Shown piece by piece: positions 1-9,860 of a DNA stretch of 64,000 bases; within the stretch, counting starts at the first letter, position 1; each line of letters starts with the position of its first letter. The stretch comes from Vitreimonas sp. (GTDB lineage: Bacteria; Patescibacteriota; Microgenomatia; UBA1400; PJMF01): the NCBI GenBank assembly GCA_035627515.1, contig DASPLQ010000012.1:906331-970330 (forward strand), in the 5' to 3' direction. The translations under genes and the position numbers were made by a program. The notes below the pieces were generated by a model, which was not told the DNA's origin, ran no database searches, and saw only the letters and a list, made by a program, of their open reading frames with translations.

Positions 1-1091
1 AGGATTTTAAACGGAAAGAAAGCTAGTAATGGTAAGTGCCAAAATAAAAATGGTCGAGATAATACTTTCCCCGTGAGCATAAAGACCAGAAAGTAACCTA
101 ATGTTAGCCAGACCAGCATCGGTACACGTTGGTGAGTATGTAGATGTAAATTTTTACCAATTATTATGATTCCAATCAATAAAAATAATCCAATACTGAC
201 TGGAAAAATCCACGCCAACTGATTCAACACCTGAGTTGAAATAGGTCCAGCAATTTCATAATTTTTGTAGACTTCAATCACGTGTTCGCTGGGTTGCAGC
301 CGGTCAGCTACGCGTACGAACACTGCCGGAGTACTATCAATTTGGAGACCTCTAATTTGTTGGTACACTAAGCTCACCATCAATGATGATCGGAAGTAGA
401 GCAAGGGAAAGAGCCAGACTAAAGCAATCCCGCCTACCACAGCCATCATTTTATAAAGGAGCTGAAGTGAAACTAAATTACGACTGTAGGTGGCCCATGA
501 CTGTGAAGAAGCCTTGGTTGGTAAAGCAGCTAAACCATAGAGAAGTGCTAAGGGTGCATTCACATACTTAAGTGCCACTGCCAAAGCGAATCCTGCCCAT
601 GACCAAAACGTGCCGCTCAGTGACGATAAAAAAAGTGGCGCACTCAAGCCCGCAGCGACAGCAGCTGCAAAGGCTAAATCCATGGTGTCGTAGAGGAAGT
701 GATGGGCTTTAGTGGTCACCACAATATAGTAAAGTAATCCACCCACAAAAACACTTTTGTTGACCTCTAACTTTCGTAGCACTTTCCACATCAATGTAAA
801 AAGTGCCACATCGATGAGGAGCATTTCTGCTCGGTAGGCATGAGAATAATTGAGATGAAATGGAAAACCATGAGTGGTTTTATCGATCCAATGCGGGATA
901 TAAAAAAGCGGAATGGTGGCTGGGGGATACTCATACCATTGTTCTAAATAAGGTGTCACCCCACTGGCCCACAGATGGGCATACGGCATGTAGCTGTAAA
1001 TAATTTCACTAAAAGCTGGGGGTTTGAAAACCCAAATAAAGCTGCGGCTCAAAATAAACACTAGTAGTAACAAAAGTGAGAGTTTTTTCAT
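1..1091 (-). CDS. Polytopic membrane protein, putative GT-C-fold glycosyltransferase (DUF2029/PMT-like). N-terminal 363 aa only; the C-terminus runs off the window start.
   Basis: My own translation of the minus strand starting at ATG 1091 gives MKKLSLLLLLVFILSRSF... and reads without a stop to position 1. It is absent from the ORF track because no stop lies in the window. Multiple hydrophobic helices, same strand and adjacent to bcp. Confidence 0.5.
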   Translation of the reverse strand, partial: MKKLSLLLLLVFILSRSFIWVFKPPAFSEIIYSYMPYAHLWASGVTPYLEQWYEYPPATIPLFYIPHWIDKTTHGFPFHLNYSHAYRAEMLLIDVALFTLMWKVLRKLEVNKSVFVGGLLYYIVVTTKAHHFLYDTMDLAFAAAVAAGLSAPLFLSSLSGTFWSWAGFALAVALKYVNAPLALLYGLAALPTKASSQSWATYSRNLVSLQLLYKMMAVVGGIALVWLFPLLYFRSSLMVSLVYQQIRGLQIDSTPAVFVRVADRLQPSEHVIEVYKNYEIAGPISTQVLNQLAWIFPVSIGLFLLIGIIIIGKNLHLHTHQRVPMLVWLTLGYFLVFMLTGKVLSRPFLFWHLPLLAFFPFKI

Positions 1092-1094
1092 GAA

Positions 1095-1538
1095 TTACGT
1101 TTCTAAATTTTGGACATCTTTGAGTATTTCCTCGGCATGTTTTTTGACATTCACTTGTGGATACACTTTGGCAATAATACCATGCGGATCAATCAGAAAA
1201 GAGATTCGCTTGTTAAAAATAATGCCATTAGCGCCGTAGGCACTGATGATGTTTTTCTCGGGATCAGCTAGTAAGGGAAAATTGAGCTGATAAGCAGTCG
1301 CAAATTTTTGGTGACTCTCCATACTATCTGCGCTGACGCCGAGCAACTTAATTTTGTGTTGCAGCTGTGACATGGCATCGCGAAAATTGCAGGCTTCAAG
1401 CGTACAACCGGGAGAATCGTCTTTGGGGTAAAAATAAAGCAGTAGCCACTGCCCGTGATAATCCTCTAAGGTGTGAAGTTTCCCAAATTGATCTTCGGCT
1501 TTAAAGCCGGGTGCCAGCGAGTTGACGGTCAGCTTCAT
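1095..1538 (-). CDS. bcp: Peroxiredoxin Bcp (thiol peroxidase, AhpC/TSA family)
   Basis: 147 aa. Contains the FYPKDDSPGCTLEACNFRD peroxidatic-Cys motif typical of Bcp/PrxQ. Confidence 0.85.
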   Translation of the reverse strand: MKLTVNSLAPGFKAEDQFGKLHTLEDYHGQWLLLYFYPKDDSPGCTLEACNFRDAMSQLQHKIKLLGVSADSMESHQKFATAYQLNFPLLADPEKNIISAYGANGIIFNKRISFLIDPHGIIAKVYPQVNVKKHAEEILKDVQNLET

Positions 1539-1552
1539 ACCCAGATTATAGC

Positions 1553-2779
1553 CTAGTAATTAACGTGCAAATAGTACGTACTAAAGCCATCGTCTTTATG
1601 TTCGACTTTTACATATCTCAGTAAGCCGCCGCCGCACTTAATACTTCCTCGGTATAAAGTACCTGGTTTTACAGCTTTGACTTTGTACTCACCACCATCT
1701 TTACTGATCATATCAATGCCGGTATGTGGAGCACCACCATATGCCCGTTTGACCCGAGCATAATACGTCATACCGTAACCTTGATTAATACGAGCAGGAT
1801 TATTGACGGGCCAGTCCCAGTCACCACCAAAGCCGAAGCTGCCATCAGGAGAGTTACTCCACGCAGCATCAACACCTTTTAAGTAGCCAGCGGGGTCGCG
1901 GTGTCCGCCGTCTTTTACAACTTCAAAGTGTAAATGAGAGCCTGTGGAGCATGGTGAGGCACCGACAATAACAGTAGCAATTTGATCACCTTGTTTGACT
2001 TCACCCGTTTTATTTTCCTCACCTTTACCGGCAATGATTGATTGAATGGCTTCTAGCTCGGCCATCGTTTTTTCTAACTCACGTTTATATACGGCTTCAT
2101 TGTTTTTAGTTTCCTGCAGTAAGTATTGTTGTTCAGCGCGCTGCTTCGTTAGGTCGCCTTGCTGTCTTTCGAGTTGGACTTTTTTTCGTTCCACTTCAGT
2201 TTGTTTTGTTTCTTTGAGGGCTTTTTGTTCGTCATAGGTTTGTTTTTGGACTTCGGCTTGTTGCATAGCATCGGCCGTTTGCTCTTGTGCAAGCTTGACG
2301 TATTTATACTGATTGAGGCTATGATTAAAAGACGTACTATTTAATAAAATGGCCAAGGGAGAAATCTTACGACGTTTATATTGTTCTTGGACACGTTTAA
2401 TGAGGATATCTGTTAAACGATCAAGGGACAGGTCCAAACCGGCAATTCGTTTGGTTAAATCAACAATTTGTTTTTCTAGTTGGGCAATCTCGGTGAGGGT
2501 CTGATCAATCTGCAGTTCTTGGACTTGAATCTTACCATTTAAAATACTAATCGAACTATTGAGGGTAATGCTAGCGTTTTGGGCTTCATGGATTTTTTCT
2601 TCCCAGCAACTCTGTTTTTGTTTATTACAGCTGAGATAATCGTCTTCAGATTGTGAGTCTTTACTACATTTGATGTCGTCACAATTACCAGCCGCCATTA
2701 CAGTACGAGACCACACTCCTCCGGTGGTCGCGACGACAAACGTGCTGATAAAGGCTCCCACCAGTAAAGATTTTTTCAT
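1553..2779 (-). CDS. Coiled-coil M23 (LytM) family peptidase, EnvC/PcsB-like FtsEX partner. The M23 motifs appear in permuted order.
   Basis: N-terminal signal/TM, about 200 aa of heptad-rich coiled coil, then GSHLHFEV (HxH motif) followed by GGAPHTGIDM (HxxxD motif). Lies directly downstream of ftsE-ftsX. Confidence 0.7.
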   Translation of the reverse strand: MKKSLLVGAFISTFVVATTGGVWSRTVMAAGNCDDIKCSKDSQSEDDYLSCNKQKQSCWEEKIHEAQNASITLNSSISILNGKIQVQELQIDQTLTEIAQLEKQIVDLTKRIAGLDLSLDRLTDILIKRVQEQYKRRKISPLAILLNSTSFNHSLNQYKYVKLAQEQTADAMQQAEVQKQTYDEQKALKETKQTEVERKKVQLERQQGDLTKQRAEQQYLLQETKNNEAVYKRELEKTMAELEAIQSIIAGKGEENKTGEVKQGDQIATVIVGASPCSTGSHLHFEVVKDGGHRDPAGYLKGVDAAWSNSPDGSFGFGGDWDWPVNNPARINQGYGMTYYARVKRAYGGAPHTGIDMISKDGGEYKVKAVKPGTLYRGSIKCGGGLLRYVKVEHKDDGFSTYYLHVNY

Positions 2780-2783
2780 GATG

Positions 2784-3653
2784 TTAGCGCTTGATCATGC
2801 GGCGAACCGCCAATGATCCCGTAAACGACCCTAAAAACATCCCAATCAAGGTGCCAATTCCCAATTGGAGCGCGAAAAACTCAATAGGGATCGGCAGAAG
2901 ATTAATCGGTCCTAAAAACTCATTTAACCACGGTGTCAAATATAAGAGCATGCCATACATGCTGACCCAACCCAGCAATGAACCAACTAAACCATAGAGA
3001 ATGCCTTCAAAAATAAAGGGTTGAGTGATATACCACCGCGTGGCGCCAATAATGCGCATGATTTGAATCATTTGACGTTTGGTGGTAACTTTCATGCTGA
3101 TCACAATCAGGACGATTAAAAAGGAAGTGAGACCCAAAATAACAATGCTCGCTAAACCGGTATACCGCAGAGTACTCGTCCAGTTGTTGAGTGATTCCAC
3201 TACGTCTTGCTGAAAAACTACTTCATCGACTTGTTCTACAGCTTCTAAATCTTGTTTAATTTGGACTAAATCTTGAATTTGTTTACCAGACACCTCGATG
3301 CTAGCTGGCAAGATAGATGCTGTAACCAGCTCAAGCAACAAGGGATCATCTTTGTTGTCTTCTTGATAGAGTTTCAAGGCGTCTTCTTTAGTGACAATTT
3401 TGGCATCTTCCACATATGGCTTAGCCTTCATGTCTTCTTGAATTTCAATGATGTTTGTTAGATCTGTATTAAGTTCAAAAAAAGCAATAATTTGGGGTCG
3501 AGTTTCAAAAAATTTCAGAATTTGTTCAGCACCAACTAAGAGGAGTGAAAAACAATAGCCCACAAAAAAAGTCAATGTCACCATCAGAATTGCCGCCAAT
3601 GTTTGATAAGGCGAGCGGCGCATGGCGATGAGGGCAGAAGTAAATGGATTCAT
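2784..3653 (-). CDS. ftsX: Cell division permease-like protein FtsX
   Basis: 289 aa. N-terminal TM, extracytoplasmic domain, three C-terminal TM helices. Immediately downstream of ftsE. Confidence 0.8.
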   Translation of the reverse strand: MNPFTSALIAMRRSPYQTLAAILMVTLTFFVGYCFSLLLVGAEQILKFFETRPQIIAFFELNTDLTNIIEIQEDMKAKPYVEDAKIVTKEDALKLYQEDNKDDPLLLELVTASILPASIEVSGKQIQDLVQIKQDLEAVEQVDEVVFQQDVVESLNNWTSTLRYTGLASIVILGLTSFLIVLIVISMKVTTKRQMIQIMRIIGATRWYITQPFIFEGILYGLVGSLLGWVSMYGMLLYLTPWLNEFLGPINLLPIPIEFFALQLGIGTLIGMFLGSFTGSLAVRRMIKR

Positions 3654-3665
3654 AGGCGTAACTAT

Positions 3666-4751
3666 TTAATCTAAACTTTCTACTTCAACTTGAATTTTAG
3701 GTTTGTTCTCGGTTTCGTTGTCGTCTGTGGTCTTAGCGCTCGTGTCATCTGTAGGGCTGTGTTTTTCAGCTGGCTTTTTAGCATCTCCAGGTTTTTTCTT
3801 AAAGGGCCATGAAAAACTAGGTAAACGTAACTTAAGTCGGGGGCCTTTTTTACTAGAAATAGGTATCACAGCTTGATGTGGGAGTTCATCTGCTTGTGGA
3901 GAAACTTTTTCTTCTTCGGTTGGTTTGAGTTTAGGTTTCTCGGGCGAGGGGGGCTCAACGTGAGCATGTGAGCGAGGAGTGGGAACAATTTTTGTCTCTT
4001 GCTGAGTATGCTCAGCAGTTGGTTCTTGGGAGGCCTGGGTAGGTGAAGTATGTTGAGTGGGGGTAGCTTCACTGGGCATGACACTGGCATGGGTGTCCTT
4101 GACTAAACGCCCTTTTTCCAATTGCAGATGTCGCAAATGAGACAATGATTCTAAGACACCAATATCATGTGTTGCCATTAAAATCGTCGTGCCTAGTTCA
4201 TTAATCTTGGTGAGTAAGCGAGCAATGCTAGCGGAAGTTTCAGGATCTAAGTTGCCGGTTGGTTCATCAGCAAACACGACCGACGGTCCGGTGGCTAAGG
4301 CTCGAGCAATACTGACACGCTGGGCTTCTCCACCTGATAATTGACTGGGGAAAAGAAAAGCTTTATCTACCAAGCCCACTAACTTCAATAAATCAGTCAC
4401 TCGTGACTCAATTTCACTCTCAGGTTTACCGACGATATACAGTGGTAACGCAATATTTTCCCAGACATTATACTCAGGTAAAAGCTTGTAATCTTGAAAA
4501 ACTACTCCAATCTTACGACGATGGTGGGGAATGTGAGACGAACGCATCTCAGTCAGAGACGTGTCTTCAAATAAAATTTCGCCTGTAGTCAGGGAGTACT
4601 CTTTAGTCAGGAGCTTCATCAAAGTAGTTTTACCACTGCCAGAATGACCGGTAATGACCACAAATTCACCAGGCTTAACAGAAAAAGTGACGCCTTCTAA
4701 GCCAATGGAAGTGTCGGGAAAAATTTTCGTAACTGCAGAAAACGTAATCAT
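3666..4751 (-). CDS. ftsE: Cell division ATP-binding protein FtsE (ABC ATPase) with a roughly 140 aa disordered C-terminal extension
   Basis: Walker A GHSGSGKTTL, ABC signature LSGGEAQRVSIARAL, Walker B VVFADEPTGNLD. C-terminal tail is rich in P/E/K/T. Confidence 0.85.
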   Translation of the reverse strand: MITFSAVTKIFPDTSIGLEGVTFSVKPGEFVVITGHSGSGKTTLMKLLTKEYSLTTGEILFEDTSLTEMRSSHIPHHRRKIGVVFQDYKLLPEYNVWENIALPLYIVGKPESEIESRVTDLLKLVGLVDKAFLFPSQLSGGEAQRVSIARALATGPSVVFADEPTGNLDPETSASIARLLTKINELGTTILMATHDIGVLESLSHLRHLQLEKGRLVKDTHASVMPSEATPTQHTSPTQASQEPTAEHTQQETKIVPTPRSHAHVEPPSPEKPKLKPTEEEKVSPQADELPHQAVIPISSKKGPRLKLRLPSFSWPFKKKPGDAKKPAEKHSPTDDTSAKTTDDNETENKPKIQVEVESLD

Positions 4752-4821
4752 GGGCAGACTCTAGTGTACCTGTTCAGATAACCAGAAATCAATGCAGATT
4801 ACTGACTCCAAACAAGGTGGA

Positions 4822-5376
4822 TTATTCTTCGACTGGAGCTTCGGCAGCAGGATTAATAATTTGGACGCGACCGACATCCATCAACCAACCAGCTTTTTGA
4901 CCTTTGTTGGTTTCACCCCAGACTTTAACTTGCATACCTTTAAATTTGTCCAGATCAGTGACAGAAGAGGTAAGGTAGACGGTTTGGGAAATACCACCGG
5001 GGCGTAACAATTTGTGTGAACCTTCACCATCAATACCACCGATTTCTAAGTAGCCCTCAGCGCTGTCTTTGAAGGTTTGTTCATCTTGGACACCAAACAC
5101 GTCACCGGCATTGACTTCACCAGTGGCCACTTTTTGGATAGGAGCCCCTGAGTCGCCGCCAAGTGAGCTTGTTTTGGTAGCTAACTTAGCACCTCCAAAA
5201 CCAGTTAAAATGCCTGCGACCACAGCTAAAGCAGCAATGGCTAATGGTAATTTAGCTCGGGAATTTGACATAGAGGGACCTTCCTTAGGATTCAAATCCA
5301 TGGTGTGTAAGGGGGCAGTGGGTTGAGTAGCCTGATACTGATTATCTACGTTGAAAGTTGAGTCAATATTTTGCAT
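4822..5376 (-). CDS. Hypothetical single-pass membrane protein
   Basis: 184 aa. One TM (LPLAIAALAVVAGILTGFGG) followed by a Gly/Asp-rich extracytoplasmic region. No recognised domain. Confidence 0.4.
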   Translation of the reverse strand: MQNIDSTFNVDNQYQATQPTAPLHTMDLNPKEGPSMSNSRAKLPLAIAALAVVAGILTGFGGAKLATKTSSLGGDSGAPIQKVATGEVNAGDVFGVQDEQTFKDSAEGYLEIGGIDGEGSHKLLRPGGISQTVYLTSSVTDLDKFKGMQVKVWGETNKGQKAGWLMDVGRVQIINPAAEAPVEE

Positions 5377-5446
5377 AGGGCAATAGTACTACATTTTGAG
5401 GGGATGAGCCACCCGAAAAAACCACTTCTCCTGTACAATACTACAC

Positions 5447-6559
5447 ATGGTGCTTTTTACTCCTGAAGAAACTAAACAATTAATTTCCAAAAGTCAGGAA
5501 TTGGTGGCGATGAGTCCGCTCGCCGCTTTGAAAGAGCAACTAGCTAAGCTCGAGTCACAGACTTTGCAGCCAGATTTTTGGCAACGGGCTGAAGCTCAGT
5601 CACTCATGCAGCAACTCTCGGTGACCCAAGCTAAAATTGCGGAAATTACTCGGGTCGAAACCTTACTTCATGATGTCCAAGCTATTGAAGAATTGACCAA
5701 AGAGGTCATGTCCGCCCCCGAAGAAGCTGCTACTCAAGAGCTTGCTGCTGAACAGCAACGCTTAGCACGTGAGTTATCACAAGCCTTTTCAGCTTTAGAG
5801 CTGAGTCAATTTTTGAGTGGTAAGTATGATGCTTTGGGAGCCATTATCTCCATTCACTCGGGCCAAGGTGGTACCGAGGCGATGGACTGGGCAGATATGG
5901 TGCGGCGTATGTATATACGATACTTCGAACGCCAGGGCTGGAAGTATCACTTTATTTCTGAATCACGCGGTGAAGAAGCCGGCATTAAAGCTGCAGTCTA
6001 TGAAGTAACTGCCCCGTATGCGTATGGTTATTTGAAAGGTGAGCGAGGTACTCATCGTTTAGTGAGATTAAGTCCTTTTAATGCCGATAGTTTGCGCCAA
6101 ACTTCCTTTGCGTTGGTAGAAGTTTTACCTTTAATCGAGGCTGATGATAATCAAATTGAACTCAAGGAAAATGAACTAGAATGGCACTTTAGCCGGGCAG
6201 GTGGAGCTGGTGGTCAAAATGTCAATAAAGTTAACACCGCTGTGGAGTTGACACATGTACCTACTGGGATTGTCGTTCGCTGCAGAGAAGAACGTTCACA
6301 AGTTCAGAATAAAGAGCGAGCACTCAAGTTGCTCAAGGCTCAGCTCGCCCAACAAGAAGAAGACAAGCGGCGCGAAGAGTTAGCTCAGGTTAAAGGCGTT
6401 CACAGTCATGCCAGTTGGGGTAATCAAATTCGCAATTATGTCCTGCATCCTTATCAACTCGTCAAAGACACCCGTACAGAGGTAGAAACTGCCGACACGA
6501 CTGGCGTGCTTGATGGCGACCTGGAGCAGTTCATCCAAGCCGAGATCAAGCTTCTCTAA
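5447..6559 (+). CDS. prfB: Peptide chain release factor 2
   Basis: 370 aa. SPF tripeptide (RF2-specific) and GGQ motif ([12 protein letters not shown]) both present. Full-length single ORF. Confidence 0.9.
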   Translation: MVLFTPEETKQLISKSQELVAMSPLAALKEQLAKLESQTLQPDFWQRAEAQSLMQQLSVTQAKIAEITRVETLLHDVQAIEELTKEVMSAPEEAATQELAAEQQRLARELSQAFSALELSQFLSGKYDALGAIISIHSGQGGTEAMDWADMVRRMYIRYFERQGWKYHFISESRGEEAGIKAAVYEVTAPYAYGYLKGERGTHRLVRLSPFNADSLRQTSFALVEVLPLIEADDNQIELKENELEWHFSRAGGAGGQNVNKVNTAVELTHVPTGIVVRCREERSQVQNKERALKLLKAQLAQQEEDKRREELAQVKGVHSHASWGNQIRNYVLHPYQLVKDTRTEVETADTTGVLDGDLEQFIQAEIKLL

Positions 6560-6568
6560 GGCGAGGAA

Positions 6569-8188
6569 TTAAAAGGTCAGACGTTGATCTTGATCCAGGA
6601 TAATATTTTGTGTCTCACCATTAAAAGTAACTGAATAGGGTGTGGGGGGTAAGCCGGCCTGTTTTTGGATTAACCACTCAGCTTCTTGACTGATAGATGG
6701 GTGGGAAAGCTCCAAACTGTAGGAAGCTGTTTTGCTAGCGGCAACACTCACCAAAAACCCCAGTTGTTTAAATTCATTACCGTCGGTGTTCTTAATAATG
6801 GCTTCATCCCACTGGGTGATGGGCTGATTATTGACGCTAAGAGTATGGACAGTATAGGAAAGCGGCACGATCACACGCTGATAATTAATATACGCATTTT
6901 CTGGCTCGGAATTTTGATTTTTAAAAGTTGTAGTTACTTGTGTCCGGTACTCAGTAGCCGAGAGTGAGGTGTCGCGAACAACTTTTTTATTGGCTTTATT
7001 AATACCTACATTTGACTCCACTAACAAAAAACTAGGACCATGATGATTCACCATAAGTTCTCCCGTGGCACCCCGGTGCTGAAAGAATTCTTGAATCTGA
7101 GAGTTGCTTGAATAGGCTTGAATATTTTTCGTTTCTACACTGCCCATCACTAAAGCAATCAGAGCTTGTTTTTGATCGCTGGGTAACGCTTGAATTTTTA
7201 AACGTAAATGAGTAATTAAGGCACGCAAAAACTGGGGTTTTTGATAAGAGCCAGCGAAAAATTCTGGTCTATCAGCACGAGCCACTTCGGCTAGGTTTTC
7301 GGCTGTAACGGTGAGTTGATAATCAGGTAGATACACCGGGCCGGTAATGGTCAGGATTTGTTCGGCTAAACTCAGGTTTACGGCAATTACCCCTTCGATA
7401 TTTTGCTTTTTACCCAAGGCAAAGTAACTCAAGATATGTTGGGCGCTCATCCCAAAATCAGGATGCCAGTTAGCGTCTGGTAAACGCCAGCCCTTACCCC
7501 CACTCAGGTACTCCTTCACACCCGGTGGCGCTTCCACAAAGCCAGTGAATTGGCCATCAGGCTCATAGATATCATTGATACTTAACTCGGTGACTGCCCC
7601 TTCACTCAGCGTCACCTGAGCATACGAGCCCATGAAACCACCGGTGGCGCGAACCTCATGTGAGTTTTGAAATAGGATTAAGTAAGTGTGTTGGCTGGTG
7701 CTGAGCTCAGCAAATAAAGGTGACAGCGCAGGTACTAAGGGTCCGAGTTCAGCCACCACGTTTTTGATGGGTACTGGAATAAGTCTTTGGACAAAGATTG
7801 TTTTAGTAAATAAAGGATAAATCTCAGCAAAGGTTGCGCCTAAGGTATCTAACTCTGTTTTGATATCAGTGATGATTTCTGATGAGACTGACTCTTGATT
7901 CGCTAGTGCCTGCAAGTATGAACCACCGACGGTTTGCAAACGTGCAGCAAGGGGCATGACTTCTAACCCCCTAGCCCATAAATGCAAATCAGGAACTTTA
8001 GTAAAGGTAATGACATCTAAAATTTTAACTATTGGTAAGGCACGTCGACTAGCGGAGGCTGCTATTTCGGGTTGGCCATTTTTAAAGGCGGACAGTGCTC
8101 GCCAACTCCACCCCAGTGCCCACAAAATAGGAATCCAAATCAGTAGTAAGGCTATTAATAACCAGTCGCGGCGGGAAAGTCTATTCAT
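6569..8188 (-). CDS. Membrane-anchored DUF4012-like protein
   Basis: 539 aa. N-terminal TM, and an NSHEVRATGGFMGSYA motif resembling the NNAExRxTGG signature I recall for DUF4012. Family assignment is from memory. Confidence 0.45.
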   Translation of the reverse strand: MNRLSRRDWLLIALLLIWIPILWALGWSWRALSAFKNGQPEIAASASRRALPIVKILDVITFTKVPDLHLWARGLEVMPLAARLQTVGGSYLQALANQESVSSEIITDIKTELDTLGATFAEIYPLFTKTIFVQRLIPVPIKNVVAELGPLVPALSPLFAELSTSQHTYLILFQNSHEVRATGGFMGSYAQVTLSEGAVTELSINDIYEPDGQFTGFVEAPPGVKEYLSGGKGWRLPDANWHPDFGMSAQHILSYFALGKKQNIEGVIAVNLSLAEQILTITGPVYLPDYQLTVTAENLAEVARADRPEFFAGSYQKPQFLRALITHLRLKIQALPSDQKQALIALVMGSVETKNIQAYSSNSQIQEFFQHRGATGELMVNHHGPSFLLVESNVGINKANKKVVRDTSLSATEYRTQVTTTFKNQNSEPENAYINYQRVIVPLSYTVHTLSVNNQPITQWDEAIIKNTDGNEFKQLGFLVSVAASKTASYSLELSHPSISQEAEWLIQKQAGLPPTPYSVTFNGETQNIILDQDQRLTF

Positions 8189-9860
8189 CTGGCCCTATTT
8201 TATACAAGCAAGCTTGATCGATACAGACCAGTTCGGTGAGCTGTGAATTTTGATGGAGCATCATTTTAATATTTTCAGGAGCAGGTGCCTGATGATTTTC
8301 GTATGCATACTTGGCTGCAGTTAGGGTTTGATACTGATGGTAATGGACAATTATATGGGAGACGCCTAATTGTTGCAGATAGGTGATTGAATCAGGCTGG
8401 GGAAAAGTGCGCCATAACCACAAGACGTCACTTTCTCGAGCAGGTGGTGTGAAACCACTGGTGCCATTGAACAATCGCTGCTGATGAGTAGTTTGATAGA
8501 GTAATCGTTCATTTTCCCAAGATGAGTACGGCATCATCCGCCAAATTAAAACGGGAAATTCAGCCACCACACTCTTTTCAGTAGGTAAGTGAGCATAAAT
8601 GGCGGGGGCCGCGGTGGAAATGGCAAATAACTCCAGGTTAGGAACTTGAGTGAACCAAAAGTAGGTACCCAAGCCAAGTATGATTCCTAGCTTAAAGTGT
8701 GGTCTGAGCTGAGAGGTATTGGTTAGCACTCCTGCCAGCCATGCTAAGCCAAAGCCCATGACCAGTATCCACCGAGAAGTAGCACGAAAGGCTTGAAAAC
8801 CGGGTACTAGGTAATACAACACCGCGTAGGGTAAAGGAATAGGAAGTGAAAAAAATTTTATCGTTTGATGATTGAGTTTGAGAGCCGGTCCCAACATCAG
8901 TACCGCGCCGACAATAGTAATTATCAAGGCAGGCAGTAAGGCTTTTCGATGAAGACGCCAGGTTGCTGTTGACGAAGTGAAGTACAACCCTAAGATAACT
9001 CCTACGATCAGCACAAACTCGGTGGTGACAAAAATGTTAAGCGAGTGGGCGAAGTGGGCGGCGTCGCGAATGGTGCGGGTATACTCAAATTCCTGAGAAA
9101 CTTGCCAATAGGTATGGTAAAAAAGCAGTACCGGGAGCAGGCATACTAGCAAGCATAGAAGCACATTTTTAAGTTGGGCCGTAATAATTTTGAGGCTGTG
9201 ATGATTCGCTATCACTGCTAAGCACGCTACTACTACAAAAAAGCCTGTCATTGGGTCGTTGAAAACTTGATACCAGAAACTAAGTAAACAACCAATTAAA
9301 AAGCCGAGTTTCTGAGTACTCAGCCAGCGCTGCAGACAGTAGACGCTGAGAGGCAAACCGGCCACTAAAAACATATGCAAGTGTACGACATAGTGGAAGT
9401 GATAAGAACTAAATGTAAAGATAACAGCTGCCAAAATTGCTGCCAGGGCAGAATCAGTAGTATTTTTTATTAGTAGATACATCGAGCCGAAGACCGCTAT
9501 CGCCCCCCAGAACAGGTGCCAATTATGGAGGGCTATCAGGTTAGGGATGAAAGGCAGGACGGGTATCGACAATAACGCGGTTGATAAAAAAGGTTGCGAG
9601 TACGCTAATGTCTGTTGATAGGGATAGAAAATAGGAGCATCAAAAATACTACGACCAGCAGTGAGGCTGGTGCTGACCCAATGCAGCAGCCACACAATAA
9701 AGAGCCCATCATCTTGAGAAGTCAGATGCGTGGAGAAATTACTCATCACCGGCCACAAAAAAACTAAGCTTAAAACAAACGCTAAACTAAACAGTGCGCC
9801 GAGTTCTAACCACGCGGGTCGAGGGTTATTTATAGGTAATTTCGGTAATGGTGTCGCCAT
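8181..9860 (-). CDS. Polytopic membrane protein, putative GT-C-type glycosyltransferase/polymerase
   Basis: 559 aa with at least 12 hydrophobic helices and a C-terminal soluble domain. Overlaps its neighbours by 8 and 35 nt, so it may start at the internal Met (MSNFSTHL). Confidence 0.4.
   Translation of the reverse strand: MATPLPKLPINNPRPAWLELGALFSLAFVLSLVFLWPVMSNFSTHLTSQDDGLFIVWLLHWVSTSLTAGRSIFDAPIFYPYQQTLAYSQPFLSTALLSIPVLPFIPNLIALHNWHLFWGAIAVFGSMYLLIKNTTDSALAAILAAVIFTFSSYHFHYVVHLHMFLVAGLPLSVYCLQRWLSTQKLGFLIGCLLSFWYQVFNDPMTGFFVVVACLAVIANHHSLKIITAQLKNVLLCLLVCLLPVLLFYHTYWQVSQEFEYTRTIRDAAHFAHSLNIFVTTEFVLIVGVILGLYFTSSTATWRLHRKALLPALIITIVGAVLMLGPALKLNHQTIKFFSLPIPLPYAVLYYLVPGFQAFRATSRWILVMGFGLAWLAGVLTNTSQLRPHFKLGIILGLGTYFWFTQVPNLELFAISTAAPAIYAHLPTEKSVVAEFPVLIWRMMPYSSWENERLLYQTTHQQRLFNGTSGFTPPARESDVLWLWRTFPQPDSITYLQQLGVSHIIVHYHQYQTLTAAKYAYENHQAPAPENIKMMLHQNSQLTELVCIDQACLYKIGPDE

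Noticed and set aside
383-571. 62-aa + strand ORF
   Set aside because: It lies antisense inside the long minus-strand membrane-protein gene (1-1091). It is a shadow ORF.
1024-1239. 71-aa + strand ORF spanning the bcp 3' end
   Set aside because: It is antisense to bcp and the upstream gene start. The sequence is low complexity and there is no Shine-Dalgarno.
2046-2344. Two + strand ORFs (63 and 61 aa) inside the M23 coiled-coil gene
   Set aside because: They are antisense to a well-supported gene. Their S/C/F-rich composition is typical of reverse-frame coiled-coil sequence.
5371-5466. Possible programmed +1 frameshift in prfB. A short upstream ORF in the -1 frame (ATG 5404 … UCC UGA at 5461-5466) feeds into the prfB frame.
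   Set aside because: The main ORF from 5447 already encodes a full-length RF2 (370 aa, SPF and GGQ present). The site is UCC-UGA-A rather than the canonical CUU-UGA-C, and it has no Shine-Dalgarno-like element 3 nt upstream. GAGGGG abuts ATG 5404 with no spacer. This looks like a non-frameshifted prfB.
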